Positions 51,101-63,806 of a DNA stretch of 64,000 bases are shown here, in pieces. The notes beneath the pieces are model-generated. The model ran no database searches. It worked only from the letters and a program-made list of their open reading frames with translations, and was not told the DNA's origin. How positions within the stretch are numbered: position 1 is the stretch's first letter; each line of letters starts with the position of its first letter. Source of the DNA: Balanoglossus misakiensis (taxonomy: Eukaryota > Animalia > Hemichordata); NCBI GenBank assembly GCA_040954595.2, contig CM082589.2, forward strand, positions 6,507,186-6,571,185. Reading direction: 5' to 3'. The position numbers and the translations under genes are program-made.

Positions 51101-51216
51101 ACTAAAGACAATTGGCCAAAACTCTGGACAGAACGACCCGTTCTCCACCAAGGGGTGATTTATTTCTTGCGGTATGGCGCCTCCAACGTTTATAAGAATC
51201 TTGCTTTTGTTTATAA

Positions 51217-53186
51217 CTATACTGCCATCATGTCCTCTGGTTCTGCTGGTATCGATGGTAGATTGTGCACGCCATCTTTGTCAACTATCCTAACTTTAAA
51301 TGATGGCATATTCACAATAAACCTTTTCTGAATCTGTAGACAAAGACAGAAATTCAGCATTGACTGATCATGACAATTTTTGCACTGGACTATTGTAATG
51401 TATAGCGTCTTGAAAGATGACAGTAAACATTTACAAAATGACTCTCTCAAAAATATTATGTTGATGGGTAGGGACCTGGATCTCACACAGCCGGCAAATT
51501 TCTGAAATAGCGTCATGACTATTTTCGTAGTAATATAAACAGAATTGAAGTTTATACAACATACTTATGAGTTTTCAATCCTTCCATGCAATCAAAAATA
51601 AACAGCTATCACCTGATCTAAAAACTTAAAGATCCAAATTCGTACATACCTCATCTATACACTGTCGGAGTAGCTGAACTGCATCGTCTCTTGATAAGCC
51701 TGAAAGATACATGCAAATGGCAAAAGAATAATTATCACAATGTAGAACTTGTATTATGAGCTTTACATGTACTTATGAAATTCCAGTTTTCCTCATAATT
51801 TAGATGTAATGGACACTGGGCTCTGTAATTGTTCTGGGGAGAGGATGCCAGAAAAGTGAACCCACCTTCCTTATAATGTCTGTCCATTACACTGAGTGTG
51901 AAGAATGAGCCGTAACCGTGTGCAGCGTATGGTACTTGACTGCTCGACGCCAGGTAGTCCATGTAATAGAGCGCTGGGCCCGATTTGTCGTCGTAGCCTG
52001 CTAGTAGCATGTTCACCATGTATGGTGTCTGAAAACAAGAAGGACAAGTCATCCGTATGTTGTACAGTGATGTAGCTATGTGTTGTGGTAAACTGGCCAG
52101 GGCACAAATTTGTATGTATATGTTAAAGTGTTAACGGCACTTGCAAAGATTTATAGCCAGTCACGTGCCGAGATCAGACCACATTTCAGGGACGGAATCT
52201 TGAACAAAATCAATACTGCAACTACCATATGATATGTACTGTGTCAGTTTCAAAAACTCACCCTACTACGCAAGTAGTATGCCATGTTTGCTCTGGTAAA
52301 GTTTGCCGCTGCATGAGGTGACAACTCGTAGCCTGTAAATGAACAGAAACCACAACGTGTCATGCACTACTAATCAGCTGCACACTGCAAGCTCAGTTGA
52401 CCACTCACTATGCAGTCACCTTTCAGCAGGTAAAAAATAAGTAGCAAAATATTACAAAACAACATATAAACATTTTTATTTGACCTTTTCAATTGTTTCT
52501 TTTCCTCCAGAATGCTTTCTCAATCAGGAGACATCAAATCATATGATGAGATGCAAAACTTACCATTCCTCATCTTGTAAAGCTGGATGTTCTTCTGGAT
52601 GTATTCTGCAAACTGTACAGTGTCTCCAGACTCTCCAACACAACTCATGAGAAGTTTGTCACTTAACTTGAACATCTTGTCTTGATCTGAAACATTCAAA
52701 ACAGACACCAAGCTATTAAGTCGTTGAAACTTATACCATTGCAACAGATCCGCAGCACTAACACTCCCTCCAGTGTTAGTGTTGGGGAGACACGTTGGGA
52801 TACAAATCCACAGAAAGATGAAACATACATGATACACTGGCAAACTGCAAAACGGACAGTGACAAATGTGGTTTGGTCACAATTAGCGTCCATAAATGTT
52901 AAATACATATTTAATCTCCACCTTCGTTACACTTCGGTACTGAAAATTACATTCTAACAATGCACATGCATAACGTGAAGTAACATCATTACATGTGTAT
53001 TGTAAACACGTGAAAATGCAAGTCACAGACAGGGATCGGAGAGGCAGACACTGTCAGGTCGCAAACACTGATGAAAAAGCTACGCTGCCACATACCTGTC
53101 TTGAAGACTAATACACTGCGTGCGGCTACTGTGTCTGATGCGACCAGAACAAAATCTGGTCCCTGAATACCTATCAAACACTCCAT
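51217..53186 (-). CDS. PSMB2: Proteasome 20S subunit beta type-2 (beta4)
   Basis: Exons 53186-53096, 52686-52564, 52332-52262, 52028-51866, 51699-51650, 51333-51217 (204 aa): [104 protein letters not shown]. Confidence 0.97.
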
Positions 53187-53189
53187 TCT

Positions 53190-53590
53190 GGCATACACGA
53201 TGGATCCCTTTCAGCAGAAAACTCAGAGCTATGGTTCTTCTGCTGATGTCTGTGTGTCCTTCCGGTTACCATCGAATCTCGCAATCAATATAATCACGCG
53301 AGATTGTACTTGGGTTATTCAAGAAAAAAATAATTCGACGAAATTTAGACAATGATATTATTCAGAGTTATAAACAATCCTAAAAATACAAATTTCCATG
53401 CATTATTCACCTAGTCTCTGCAGATGGAAGATTCCAGGGCTGACGTTCTATTTTTAGCTACACCAATGATGTCACTGTCTCGTGACCCTAGTGACGTCTT
53501 TGCAAGGGTTTATCACTGGCCTCAGCAGGAAAACAGTCATTTGTGAGGCGTTTGTCGTACCTTAGTTTCGAGGAATATTGCAAGGTAGGT
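53190..53590. promoter_or_regulatory. Candidate shared (bidirectional) promoter between head-to-head PSMB2 and SDCBP
   Basis: Divergent gene orientation. TTCCGGT ETS-like site near 53260, TCTCGC/CGCGAGA motifs at 53277-53303, GTGACGTC CRE-like site near 53491. A plus-strand donor CAAG|GTAGGT at 53584 could end a non-coding SDCBP exon 1 (acceptor at 54790). Confidence 0.45.
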
Positions 53591-54834
53591 GAGCTGTGAT
53601 GATAATAAGTAACATGTTACTTGCTGGTCTATGATTCCAGCTGGTATGTTCACGTCCACCGAAACAAGAGTTAGCGTATTTTGATGCGATCGATTTGCTT
53701 TCTGTTTCAAGACTCTTCTTCCTCGACCACAGTGACGTACACATCAAAATGTACATTTCAGTCCCCTGCTAAAGTACACGTTGATGAAACACCGGTGCAG
53801 CTGATTCGTAGGCAAAGACGGTAGTCACCTGTCAAAGACGAGAAACATCCAAATCACCCTTTAGTCAAGTGTATATGACCATTTTAGTTAATCATGCCAT
53901 CGTACTCATATATTCAATCATTTGATAAATCATGGATCTAGCCCCATGTATAAATCGATGGACGTTCATGCAGTATTCACCAAGTACAGTAGATCCGCTC
54001 ATCGATTTGAAATTTCTATAAGTTGTTTGAACGTTGAGATCAGTTCAGGCATTCATGACAGACAGAATTGCCGCTGATGTTGAGAATACAATGTAATTCC
54101 CTATATTGCAATCGCGTGACCGTACCAACACTTCTCTAAGTCATATATTCGGAGTTACGAGTGACACTCATTGCATGTGTGACAGTGAGTCATGGAGATA
54201 GGTTATATACAGTTCGCTGTGAATGCACCATATAAACTTGCTGCTTCGATTTTTAGTACCAGTAAATTTATGTTTTTGCAAAAATAGATTTCACTTATCA
54301 CATTTGACTGTGACTGATTGTTTTGTATTCTGTGTGTAACGCTTCCCCTCAATGGATTAGCATATTATTGCTGCAGAAATATTGGACTTCTTCTAAAAAT
54401 GATAAGGGTGCCACCATAAATGGATATCTGACAACCATATGTAGATGATATTTACATCGAAGATTTGAATTAATGATTTCTGTTCTGTTAATGTTTAAAC
54501 AATTTCTACTAAAAGGATGTTCTAGTGTCACTAGGTGAAAAATTAATCTGAAAATGTGACAAAGGAATCAGATATCAAATTATAGTTATCAAACACTATG
54601 GATAGTACCAAATAGCGAGGGGTGTGGCAAATCCGTATAACAATTGAAATCAGAGTGTGTATACCTGTTATGAGTTGTTTTTGTGTAAAAGACGGGACAT
54701 CCATCCTTGACCCCCTGTGTCTCCCCTTGATCTCATTGTTTGCATGTCATTGAGTTGGTCAATCCCACATTCTTTTTTTTCTCATTGTAGGTATTTATTT
54801 TTGTTCAAGCTTTAAAACCCAACAGAAAAGCAAC

Positions 54835-57800
54835 ATGTCGTTGTACCCATCATTGGAGGACATGAAAGTGGACCAGATGCAGAAGGTATGTGACACCAAG
54901 AAAAAAATAAAAGACAAGAAATTCTGAAAGAAAAACAATCAGAATACGTGTAGAAAAATATTAGTATCTGTGTATACACATACTGTGCAGTCCTAAATAG
55001 CTAAAATGAAAGTGACTCCTGTGTGGTGGTTCTGTCATGTGACACTGACAGTGTGTGCGACTATCACTTCCTCGTGTGTTATTATTAATATCCAGATTGG
55101 GGTTTACCATTCCCTTCAACAGGTAGGCTTTACGTGGGTCAAAATTCATGTACCAGCTAGGCTGTAAAACAGATCATTAGCCAAACCACCAATCTCTCCA
55201 GTCTCTTCTACAATGTAGCTAGTTGATAAAAAAGGCTAATTTTTTTGTCTACATATTTGAACAATTAATAATCAGTCATGGTAATATGTACAGGTACATG
55301 AAGCTAAAGAATATTGCAGATACAGGGTTTGTTATATAACGCGTTTGCAGTGTTCTCCCAGGAATTACTGAGACTACATCAGCTAATTTACAAGTATAAC
55401 CTTACAATAATAATGTGAACAAAATTATCGATTTCTAATTTGCAAATTGCAACCTTTGTACACCTAAATGAAAAATACATGGGGTAAGGGGGTAAGGACC
55501 AACTTGGTAAGGTTGAGGGCACATACCTTTATCATTATGTATGGCACAAGCTGCCCTGTATTTTTTTTAATAAAGAGAACGATCTGTCGAACAAAGAGAA
55601 CCAAAAATACCCTCACATTTTAGCACGTCAATGGTGCCTGTCAAAACGATCATTTACGTTCTAAATAATGAATATCTATATGTAGTTGTGATTCATACGT
55701 TGACTATTGAGTGAGACACTAATTTAGTATTAAAGCTTAGTAATTAAAGTGAGACAAGATTCACAGAATGTAGGCCAGTTAAATTATTTAAGAAGTTCCA
55801 TAGCAGATATGGAGATGTTGTATCCAAATTTGACGTCTGTTACTCAAACGATGATTGCCAGCCTTCCTGGCTTGGAGTTGGACTTGTAACAGCAATCTGC
55901 TGGCTTCGCCAAATAACACGAAAAAGTTTTCTCTCTTGGGTCAATGTTGATAGCAGGGTGTGTTTACCTACATGTAGTTAACCTTTTGTATCATCAGTTA
56001 AACCTTTCACCATCATGGTTTGGTCCAAGTCCATTGTTTTCTGTGGTATAGGTGGACCTCCATAGAGGGAACTAGGGGTGGAAGGGTGTAAAGATGCTAT
56101 TCTTATTGTTATTTCTATATGTGTGTGTTGGATGTGGTTATTATGAATGGAAATGCTTATTTGACCTGTTTCGGTGTCATTTTATCACAGGCCCAGGTCC
56201 AACATCACCATGCTGCTCAGGCGGCCATTGCAGCCAGCCAAGCACAGGCTGCAGGTCCGGGTTATCCGGCACAGCCGACAGCACCGGGATACCCAACACA
56301 GCCGGCTGCACCCCAGTCATCCTTGTATCCGTCCCTGGATGAGTACATGGGATTGAATCTGACGCCGGAATTCGTGGCTCACAATATGCCAGTCGTGGCG
56401 CAGAACCCACAGGTATGTAGTATGCATAAATGTTGATAACTTAAACACTGTTTATTTGACCTATGAACTTTGGAATATGGATGGGTATGATGATCGCAGA
56501 TATTTGAAATATCATCGGGTAGATGCCATAGTATATCAAATTTGTAGTTGACAAATGAGATGGTTCTATAAATCTTGATACCATGTATTGCAATAGAATT
56601 AGATGAGAAAAGAAATAAGGATGTTTAATCAAAAAAGGCAAAAAAATTAAATGTGATACAATACTGATGAAGTATATAATGTGTAGTTTGGACCAATTGA
56701 ATTTGTGATGTAGATGAGAAATATTGGGATATAAAGTTTTCCAATATAAATATGTTTAATTTAGATAATTTTGTAATTTCTGTTTTCCAGCAAGCTGTAG
56801 CAGTCAGGCAAAGTGCTGGCATGGTCGCCCCGGTTACTGGTAGTTCTAATTTGGGTTTGATGCGAGCCGAAGTCAAACAGGGTGTGCGTGAAATCACCAC
56901 ATGTAAAGATGGCGACGGCAGAATTGGGCTCAGAGTTCGGGCAGTTAGCAAGGTGAGATTGCAAAACGCCCCATTTCATGACATTTGAAGAAGCATTGGA
57001 AATGACATTGGTATTGTCATTACTTTGATTTGCATATTTGTATTAAAGGGACAAAGTCTCTCTCTCGCTGTCCTTTTTCCATTAATTATGTTTGATACAA
57101 GACACCGTTCATGTTATTGTACATGTGGATATATAGTGAATCAATGTTTCAACCACACAACAGCGAGTTTTTCACTCTCGTGTCTACAAGTGGGATGGAA
57201 GTTGTATGTGGTCGAACGTTGATGCACTGTACATGTATACCCACATGTAGAATAACATAAACAGTGTCTTGTATCAAATATAATTAATGGAAAAGGGGCA
57301 GCTGGAGAGAGACTTTGTCCCTTTAATTATTACTGCACTAGTTTATGAATATAAGGTATAAACTTTGTGTTGTCAATATCTCACTTTTTATGCTTATTCT
57401 TAAAAAATCTGCCTTTTCTTGTAGGGAGTCTTTGTCCAATTTGTGCACAAGAACTCGCCAGCTTCCCTGGCTGGGCTCCGGTTCGGTGATCAGATCCTGC
57501 AGATAAACGGCGAGACGGTTGCCGGCTGGGATACCGATAAGACCATGAAATACTTGAAGAAATGTGGCGCGGAGAGGATTGTATTTGCTGTCAGAGATAG
57601 GCAAGTCATAGAGTCACTATCCCTTATTAACTGAATGTTTTAAAATGATGATTATGCGTTGTATGATGATAATGTGAACTGGATAGTCTCACTGATAAAA
57701 AAAAATCAGTGAGGTCAGAGGTCACGCCAAACTCACCAGAAGGTTCAGATGATTAATAAATGTCTTGTCTTTTAAACTTTCAGGCCGTTTGAACGTACCA

Positions 57801-58823
57801 TTTCCCTGCAGAAAGACAGTGCTGGCTACGTCGGCTTTGTTTACAAAAATGGAGAAATCACAAAAATTGCAAAAGACACGTCAGCTGCCAGGAACGGCCT
57901 GCTTATTGATCACATGATACTTGAAGTGAACGGGCAGAATGTTATCGGACTGAAGGTATGTATTCCAGTTGTCGTAAATTCATTTATACATCATGCACAT
58001 TTTAGATCAAGCATTGAGGCATCTGAGTGAACCTTGTCCATCTGTGTTGTAACCAGTAGCTTTCTTGTTGCAAGAATACCCACATGCCAGTGCTCAGATC
58101 GAGAACTTCTCTACTCATCCATATAAAAAAGGTCCTTCTTATCTCTGTTCTCTTAATTTTGTTACCCGAAGATGCAACAAAGAAGTTAGGGTTATACATT
58201 ACAAGCCATACCTTTCACCAAACTAAAACTGTGTGATATGAATTATTTGTGATTTCAACCATGTGTTTTATCTCTGGTCTAAAGAGAGAGTCTCTGCTTG
58301 TTAAACTGTGTGTACCCAGTAAAAGATGACTTACCCTGTGCTTTCTAAACTCTCTTCAGGACTCTCAGATTGGTGAAATTATCTCAGTTGCTGGACAAAC
58401 AATCACACTCACTATTATTCCCAAATTCATCTACAATCACATGATGAAGAGGTAAGTCCTGACCTGGAAATGCCGTTGTCAGTAAACTTAGGGGGTCCTG
58501 AAAATAAATTTGCATATTTTACTACACCTTCGAGTCCCCCAAGTGTGATTTACATTCATTTGCTGCTGAAGTGTACATGTGTATTCAGGAAATATTGTAT
58601 GACCATACTAAGGGGTCTAAAAATTCCATATCTATGTTTTAGATCGAGCATGTGTCACGCAAATGTATTGATTACCAAATAAGAGTTATTGTCCCTATTT
58701 CAAATGTTTTACACAGTATATGCCAATATTCTTCCACACATTGAATCTTTTGTTATTTCTCATTTCAGCATTGGAGATTCCCTCGTCAAAAAGAACATGG
58801 ACCATTCCATTCCTGATGTGTAG
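54835..58823 (+). CDS. SDCBP: Syntenin (syndecan-binding protein; tandem PDZ)
   Basis: Exons 54835-54885 ([15 protein letters not shown]), 56191-56412, 56791-56952 ([21 protein letters not shown]), 57425-57600 ([19 protein letters not shown]; GC donor), 57784-57955 ([19 protein letters not shown]), 58360-58451, 58769-58823 (MDHSIPDV*); 309 aa. Confidence 0.97.
57047..57322. mobile_element. Kolobok-type MITE, family K1 copy 2
   Basis: TTAA|AGGGACAAAGTCTCTCTC...GAGAGAGACTTTGTCCCT|TTAA. Homologous to 23032-23380 but with a shorter interior. Confidence 0.85.
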
Positions 58824-60918
58824 AGCCACAGCGCTGACCATAACTGAAAGGAAAGACCAGCCCAAACAATCGAGATTATTGCGTCAATAAGACACAAACT
58901 ACATATGTACATCTCCACTGTATCATAGACTCAAATGACACATAAAAAAGCACCATTAGGGTTCATATGCTAGTAATCCTAGAAAGCCCCAGGGGGGGGG
59001 GGGGGGTTCAGCCACTTATGCTACCACAATTTGTTGATGTTTGCAATTAAGAAATGACAAAATACCACACAATCACCTCTCTTGGCCCAAAAAGTCCTGG
59101 TGTTTTTTATGGCTTTGAGCATATGAATCATGCACCAACATGAACATTATTTACAAATACAATAGGAGTCTTTATATTTTTATCCAGTATAAGTGGTGAA
59201 TTAAGATAGATATTTCATTTAACGGAACAAAGTCATTGGCGTTTGACAATAAATAAGTAGCATCAAAAAAAAATTAATAGAACGAAGAGAGACATGTTGG
59301 CAGTTTGACAGTAATGGAAAGAAAGATGCAAAGCTGTTTGTATTAGTGTGTAAGGTGTAAGAATTGATGACATGACGAAGGAAATGAGATTTGCTCTCTG
59401 TTTATTGTACTCACTATAGTAATATTTTAGAGTAAATAAAAGGGGGTATGTACACTTTGCTTCATCTTACTAATCGTTAGTCTGAAGATTCCTTGATTTA
59501 CTTAAATTTTTGTGATATGTACTGTATTTTTATTTTGCCTACTTGTTAAGAGCAATGTTCAGTCGCAGACTCAAGTCTCCATAGGTGTTGACAGCAAAGA
59601 CAAACCTATGATAGGAAACCACAAAAGTATCGAAATTTACCACTCGTGTTTATCCTGTTTATATTCTCTTTATTATGAAAGTTATTAAATGACATCTTGA
59701 AAATGGTTTCTTAAAGAAAATATTGTCATAGTTGTTTTTTTACATTTATTTTCCATTTTAAGTTAAATCTTTTTGTAGGTGTTGCTTTTTACATCTTTGC
59801 TGTTGTGTATTTTGAGAGATGTTTTCTTGCCAAGTCCTGACTGTTATCTTCTTGTTACACTACCCCAAAAGATCCACATTTTATTTGTTCTTGGCAAATT
59901 GACAAAACTGGTTTGCTGGCAAGTTATTTAATCGTTTAAAATGTATTTTTGTTTTAGTGCCATAAAAGAAAAAACTAGACGGACTTCATTTGTGAAGAAA
60001 ACCTTTGACATTAGCCACTTGACCAGCTGAGTGCTGTGGAGTTTTAAATAATGAAGATTTTGCTGTACGAAAATTTATTGTACTTCACAGTGCCAAAATA
60101 TTCAAGACTCATCTCTCATCATAGCATACGTTAATAAAACGTAAAAACCTTACCAGTTGTTGCCAAGGTGTAAATTAATATTTTGCCATGGGCCACACAG
60201 GAAAGCTTTCATAGCTGTAACAGTCACATGGTCATCACAGAATTGTGCACACCTAATGGAGATACACACCCTTTGTTCCATATACATAACTTTAAAAATT
60301 CCCAAATATATGTCGCAGTACATGGAGGATGCAAAGAAAGAAAATTGGTGAAAATAAATGGTGAAAATTTGACATTCTAATGCCAGTTGTTATCAACTAC
60401 ATCTGGGACAACAAGTCCTACGGGGAAGAGTCTCTGAGTATCTTGGATAGAAAGGGTGGTCTGGTCCCCTTCACTGTAACACATACACATATGAATATTG
60501 TAATTGATTTATTTTCATCAGATGGAACTCGCAAACATTTTAGGGAAATTAGAGTAAATATAACTTTCATATGACTGGATATAGAAACACTGTCACTCGA
60601 TAACAGTGCGTGATCAGCACATGATTAGGGCATGATCACTATATTCACGTTTTCCTTTTGAAATATTCATGTTTAGTCGTTTTAACATGAAAGGGGGTGT
60701 GACAATGTGCTGTGCAACACAACACTATATGACTCAAGGGTATGAGGTCACCAGCAGGACCTATTAAACTTGGTCTATCCTGTCAGGTTTGGCGCATTTG
60801 GAACAGAAGTGCACTGTAACGACCACTTCGGTGTGATTCAGCACCAAACTGTTTTGTTTTGGAGGGACCCGTAGAGTCGATTGTTCATCAGATGTCGCAA
60901 ATGGTAGCTCACAGTATG

Positions 60919-62355
60919 ATGGCTCGTCATCTGCTTCGATTTGCAAACTTTCATCGAAGTGCAAATAGGAGAATGGTGTTTCTTGCAAGCCCTTTGCACA
61001 CATCTTTTCGTCACCTGCCGTATGACAGACACGTTAACATGGAGGAAACCAAGACCACGGTCATACTGAAGGCAGGGTTGCCATCGGATCTAATACGTGA
61101 CTACAGTAGTGAGTAATAAACTATTTTTTTCTTGGAAGGAGCCAGATTGTACAAACTTGTGCCTGTCGGGTATCATAGACACCTACTTAATATATGGGGG
61201 GTGAGACTTAAAAACGGAGAGGGAAGGCTAGTTATATCTCAATACACGGTAACTCCTAGCTCTGTGTACAGGTCTGTGTGTTCCCGGCGTTACACGGCCT
61301 GCAAATTAAAGTGTGGGGGACTGCAATATATAAAGGCTGAAAGACAGTAATACCCTCATTCACCCTTTATTATAGAGAATGGTGTCCTCGTTTTCCCTCA
61401 CAGTCCTTCGTTTTACCCTCTGCTCTACATGGGTCCATTTTGGCCCATTCCTTTGTTTAGACATATAGCCACACGCCGAAAGCTATGAAAAATATGTTCT
61501 GATATGAGAAAACATACATACGGGATTTGATTTGCAATTGAGCGTACGAACATTCTCTATCACTACATGTCATGAATTGATATCAGTGTTTTATCTTCAA
61601 GTATTTTCGTGTATTATCTTACAGAGAAGCCGAGTGCGCATAAGATGTTTTATCACGTCCATCTTCCATTCAAAATGTCGGGCGCGCCATTTGCGGTCCA
61701 CGATGCGTACAGACTCCGGCAGGAAGACCACACTGGTTTGTTTGTTTTAGGCTCCCTAACTCACTCCTCGCCAACGATGCATACTATACTCGAAGAGCGC
61801 CCTCACACGCCAATCGTCCTGACGTCATTCATCAAAGCCGTCGGGACAACATCGTACGACATGCGTCAACAGATTTGCAGCCTGTCGGACGGCGAGCCAC
61901 TGAGTACAGAGGACTCGAAGTTAGTCTTGGTAGACACAAGAACACAGACCCCAAAGCCGCACCCTGACTGGTTCCTCCAGAAGTATGCACACCTACGAAA
62001 ACAACCCGGGGTAAGAGTGATGGCACCACATGAGAAAACAGTACGCGGATTTTCTCACAAAGTGAAAATTCTGCCCAGTGATACTATACTCTGTTCTTTG
62101 ACATATTATTCATATTTTCGATTCTGCGCCGAATGCTTGACTAAGGCCTTTCAAAGCAAGGCTATGGAGAAGTTTACGGTTAACTACCAACTGCGCAGAG
62201 TTAAGGAAGTGTCGGCCTTGTTCACGGTTAAAGGAAAGACAACTGATGAGCTTACGGTCACTATGTGGGAAGATAAAAACCAGTTAAATACTCTGAATTT
62301 TATCATCAAAAGGGGCCAAGATGACATATTCCATTGTGGTGTACAATTCACATAG
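60919..62355 (+). CDS. Double hot-dog fold, acyl-ACP-thioesterase-like protein (paralog 1)
   Basis: Exon 1 runs from ATG 60916/60919 (or the downstream ATG 61039) to 61108 (A|GTGAGT). Exon 2 is 61625-62355 (phase 1). Motifs VGTTSY..RQ.I, VLVDTRTQTPKPHPDWFLQKY, KVKILPSD, DELTVTMWED, F.IKRG..DIFH are shared with paralog 2. Confidence 0.7.
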
Positions 62356-63060
62356 TAAATATCATCTGTCTTTAACTGTTTTTTTTATCAGGGAGATACA
62401 TTCATTTCACTCTCGCGAGACAACAACAAATTTCTCACTACATTTGCTGCATGCTACGTGATCGACAGAATTTCAAGATGGCGGATTTCTTTGACTTCAG
62501 TGGAATAAGCAGGCGTTAATAACCCCTGGCAAATTCCAAAGGGGGATGGCTCCCTCCCGCCCGAGGTTCTCCCATAATGGGGACTCATCAGCATAACAAT
62601 ATTAAACAATGCAGTGTAACGTAAATTAGACACTGACTCCATCAGAAGTTTACAAGGAGAAATTACCCGTACCCCTCCACCCACCAAACGTCACGAGTCA
62701 ATGCTGAAAAAATGGTTCTCTATATGTTATACGGAGGGGGCGTTTCAATCACAATTCCGGTATTACTGTTTCTTCAAGTCTGCTTTATTTTATGCATTTA
62801 ACGAAATGTTACTACACAGAGGAATGTGTAATAAACAGCAAAGTAGTTTTTGTGCAATGGTTCAATGTATAATTGTTTGTTGTATTATTCAATGTACAAT
62901 TGTTCGTTGTATATTGATTCATGGTTAAAACGAATGCGAAGACACAGGCTGGTGTACAAACCGTTGGCGTAGCCGCAGGTAAAAACAACTATATATTACA
63001 TAACCGGTTCTTTGTTTTTAGAAAAAATCGTGAATGGTTTGGCGCATTTTATTATCTCTA

Positions 63061-63806
63061 TCATGCACGTTCATAAAGCCGAACAGAACTATGAAAGATG
63101 TCCCGTCCACCTTTGCTGATGATAAAGTTCAATTGATCTGACCGCTTTTCATCTTCCCACATATTTACATCCAGTTCATCGCCAACATTTGCCTCGGCTA
63201 GATACAACGTCGACACTTTCTTAACTGTGTAGCCTTCAAAGTCACCCGTGAAGTTCCTCAGCTTGGTGCTATAGAACGCCAGAGATGCGCAGTCCGAACA
63301 GTAGCGCAGGTAACATAGGTAAGACACGTGGTTGTTCAAATCGACGTCACTGTGTGGAACTTTTTGTTTGTGTGTAAAACCGTCGCCCTTATTCTTGTGC
63401 GCCTTCATCAACACTGTCCCGGGTTCTGGCACTAGAGGGGAGTATTTCTCCACGAACCAATCGGAATGCGGCAGGGGGCGACGTGTTTCCTCGTTCACAC
63501 AGACGTTTGTCACATCCAGGCTGCACAGCGCTTCGTCGTTTTCCAGAATGCGAAGCTCTTGCCTAAACTGCAGGGACGTTCTCCCGACCCCAGTTAGGAA
63601 AAGTGTCATGACAACAGGCGTTGTTGGGCTGCTTCGGATAACATCGTAAAATCTCGGAGTTGTGTCAACCTCAACACCTAAAATGAATAGCAAACGCTTC
63701 CGTTCTTCCAACATCCTCTTCATCTGACAGAATCTGCCATCAACAACCAATAAGTGGAAGCGTACCGCTTGAATAGCCCGCTGCAAGCGCCACAAATGTG
63801 GTTTTT
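63061..63806 (-). CDS. Double hot-dog fold, acyl-ACP-thioesterase-like protein (paralog 2), 3' exon; 5' exon not identified in window
   Basis: Acceptor TTCCCTTTCAG| at 63807, at the same position and phase as in paralog 1 (x-K-P). Motifs VGRTSL, VCVNEETRRPLPHSDWF, VPHSDVDLNNHVSYLCYL (the D-x-N-x-H-V motif of acyl-ACP thioesterases), YLAEANVGDELDV. Confidence 0.8.

Noticed and set aside
48150-51210. Short ORFs between AHI1 and PSMB2
   Set aside because: AT-rich sequence without splice or coding signal; best explained as convergent 3' UTRs.
61795-61808. Fourth copy of the CTCF-like motif (reverse orientation)
   Set aside because: Lies inside coding sequence (EERPHT) and is most likely coincidental.
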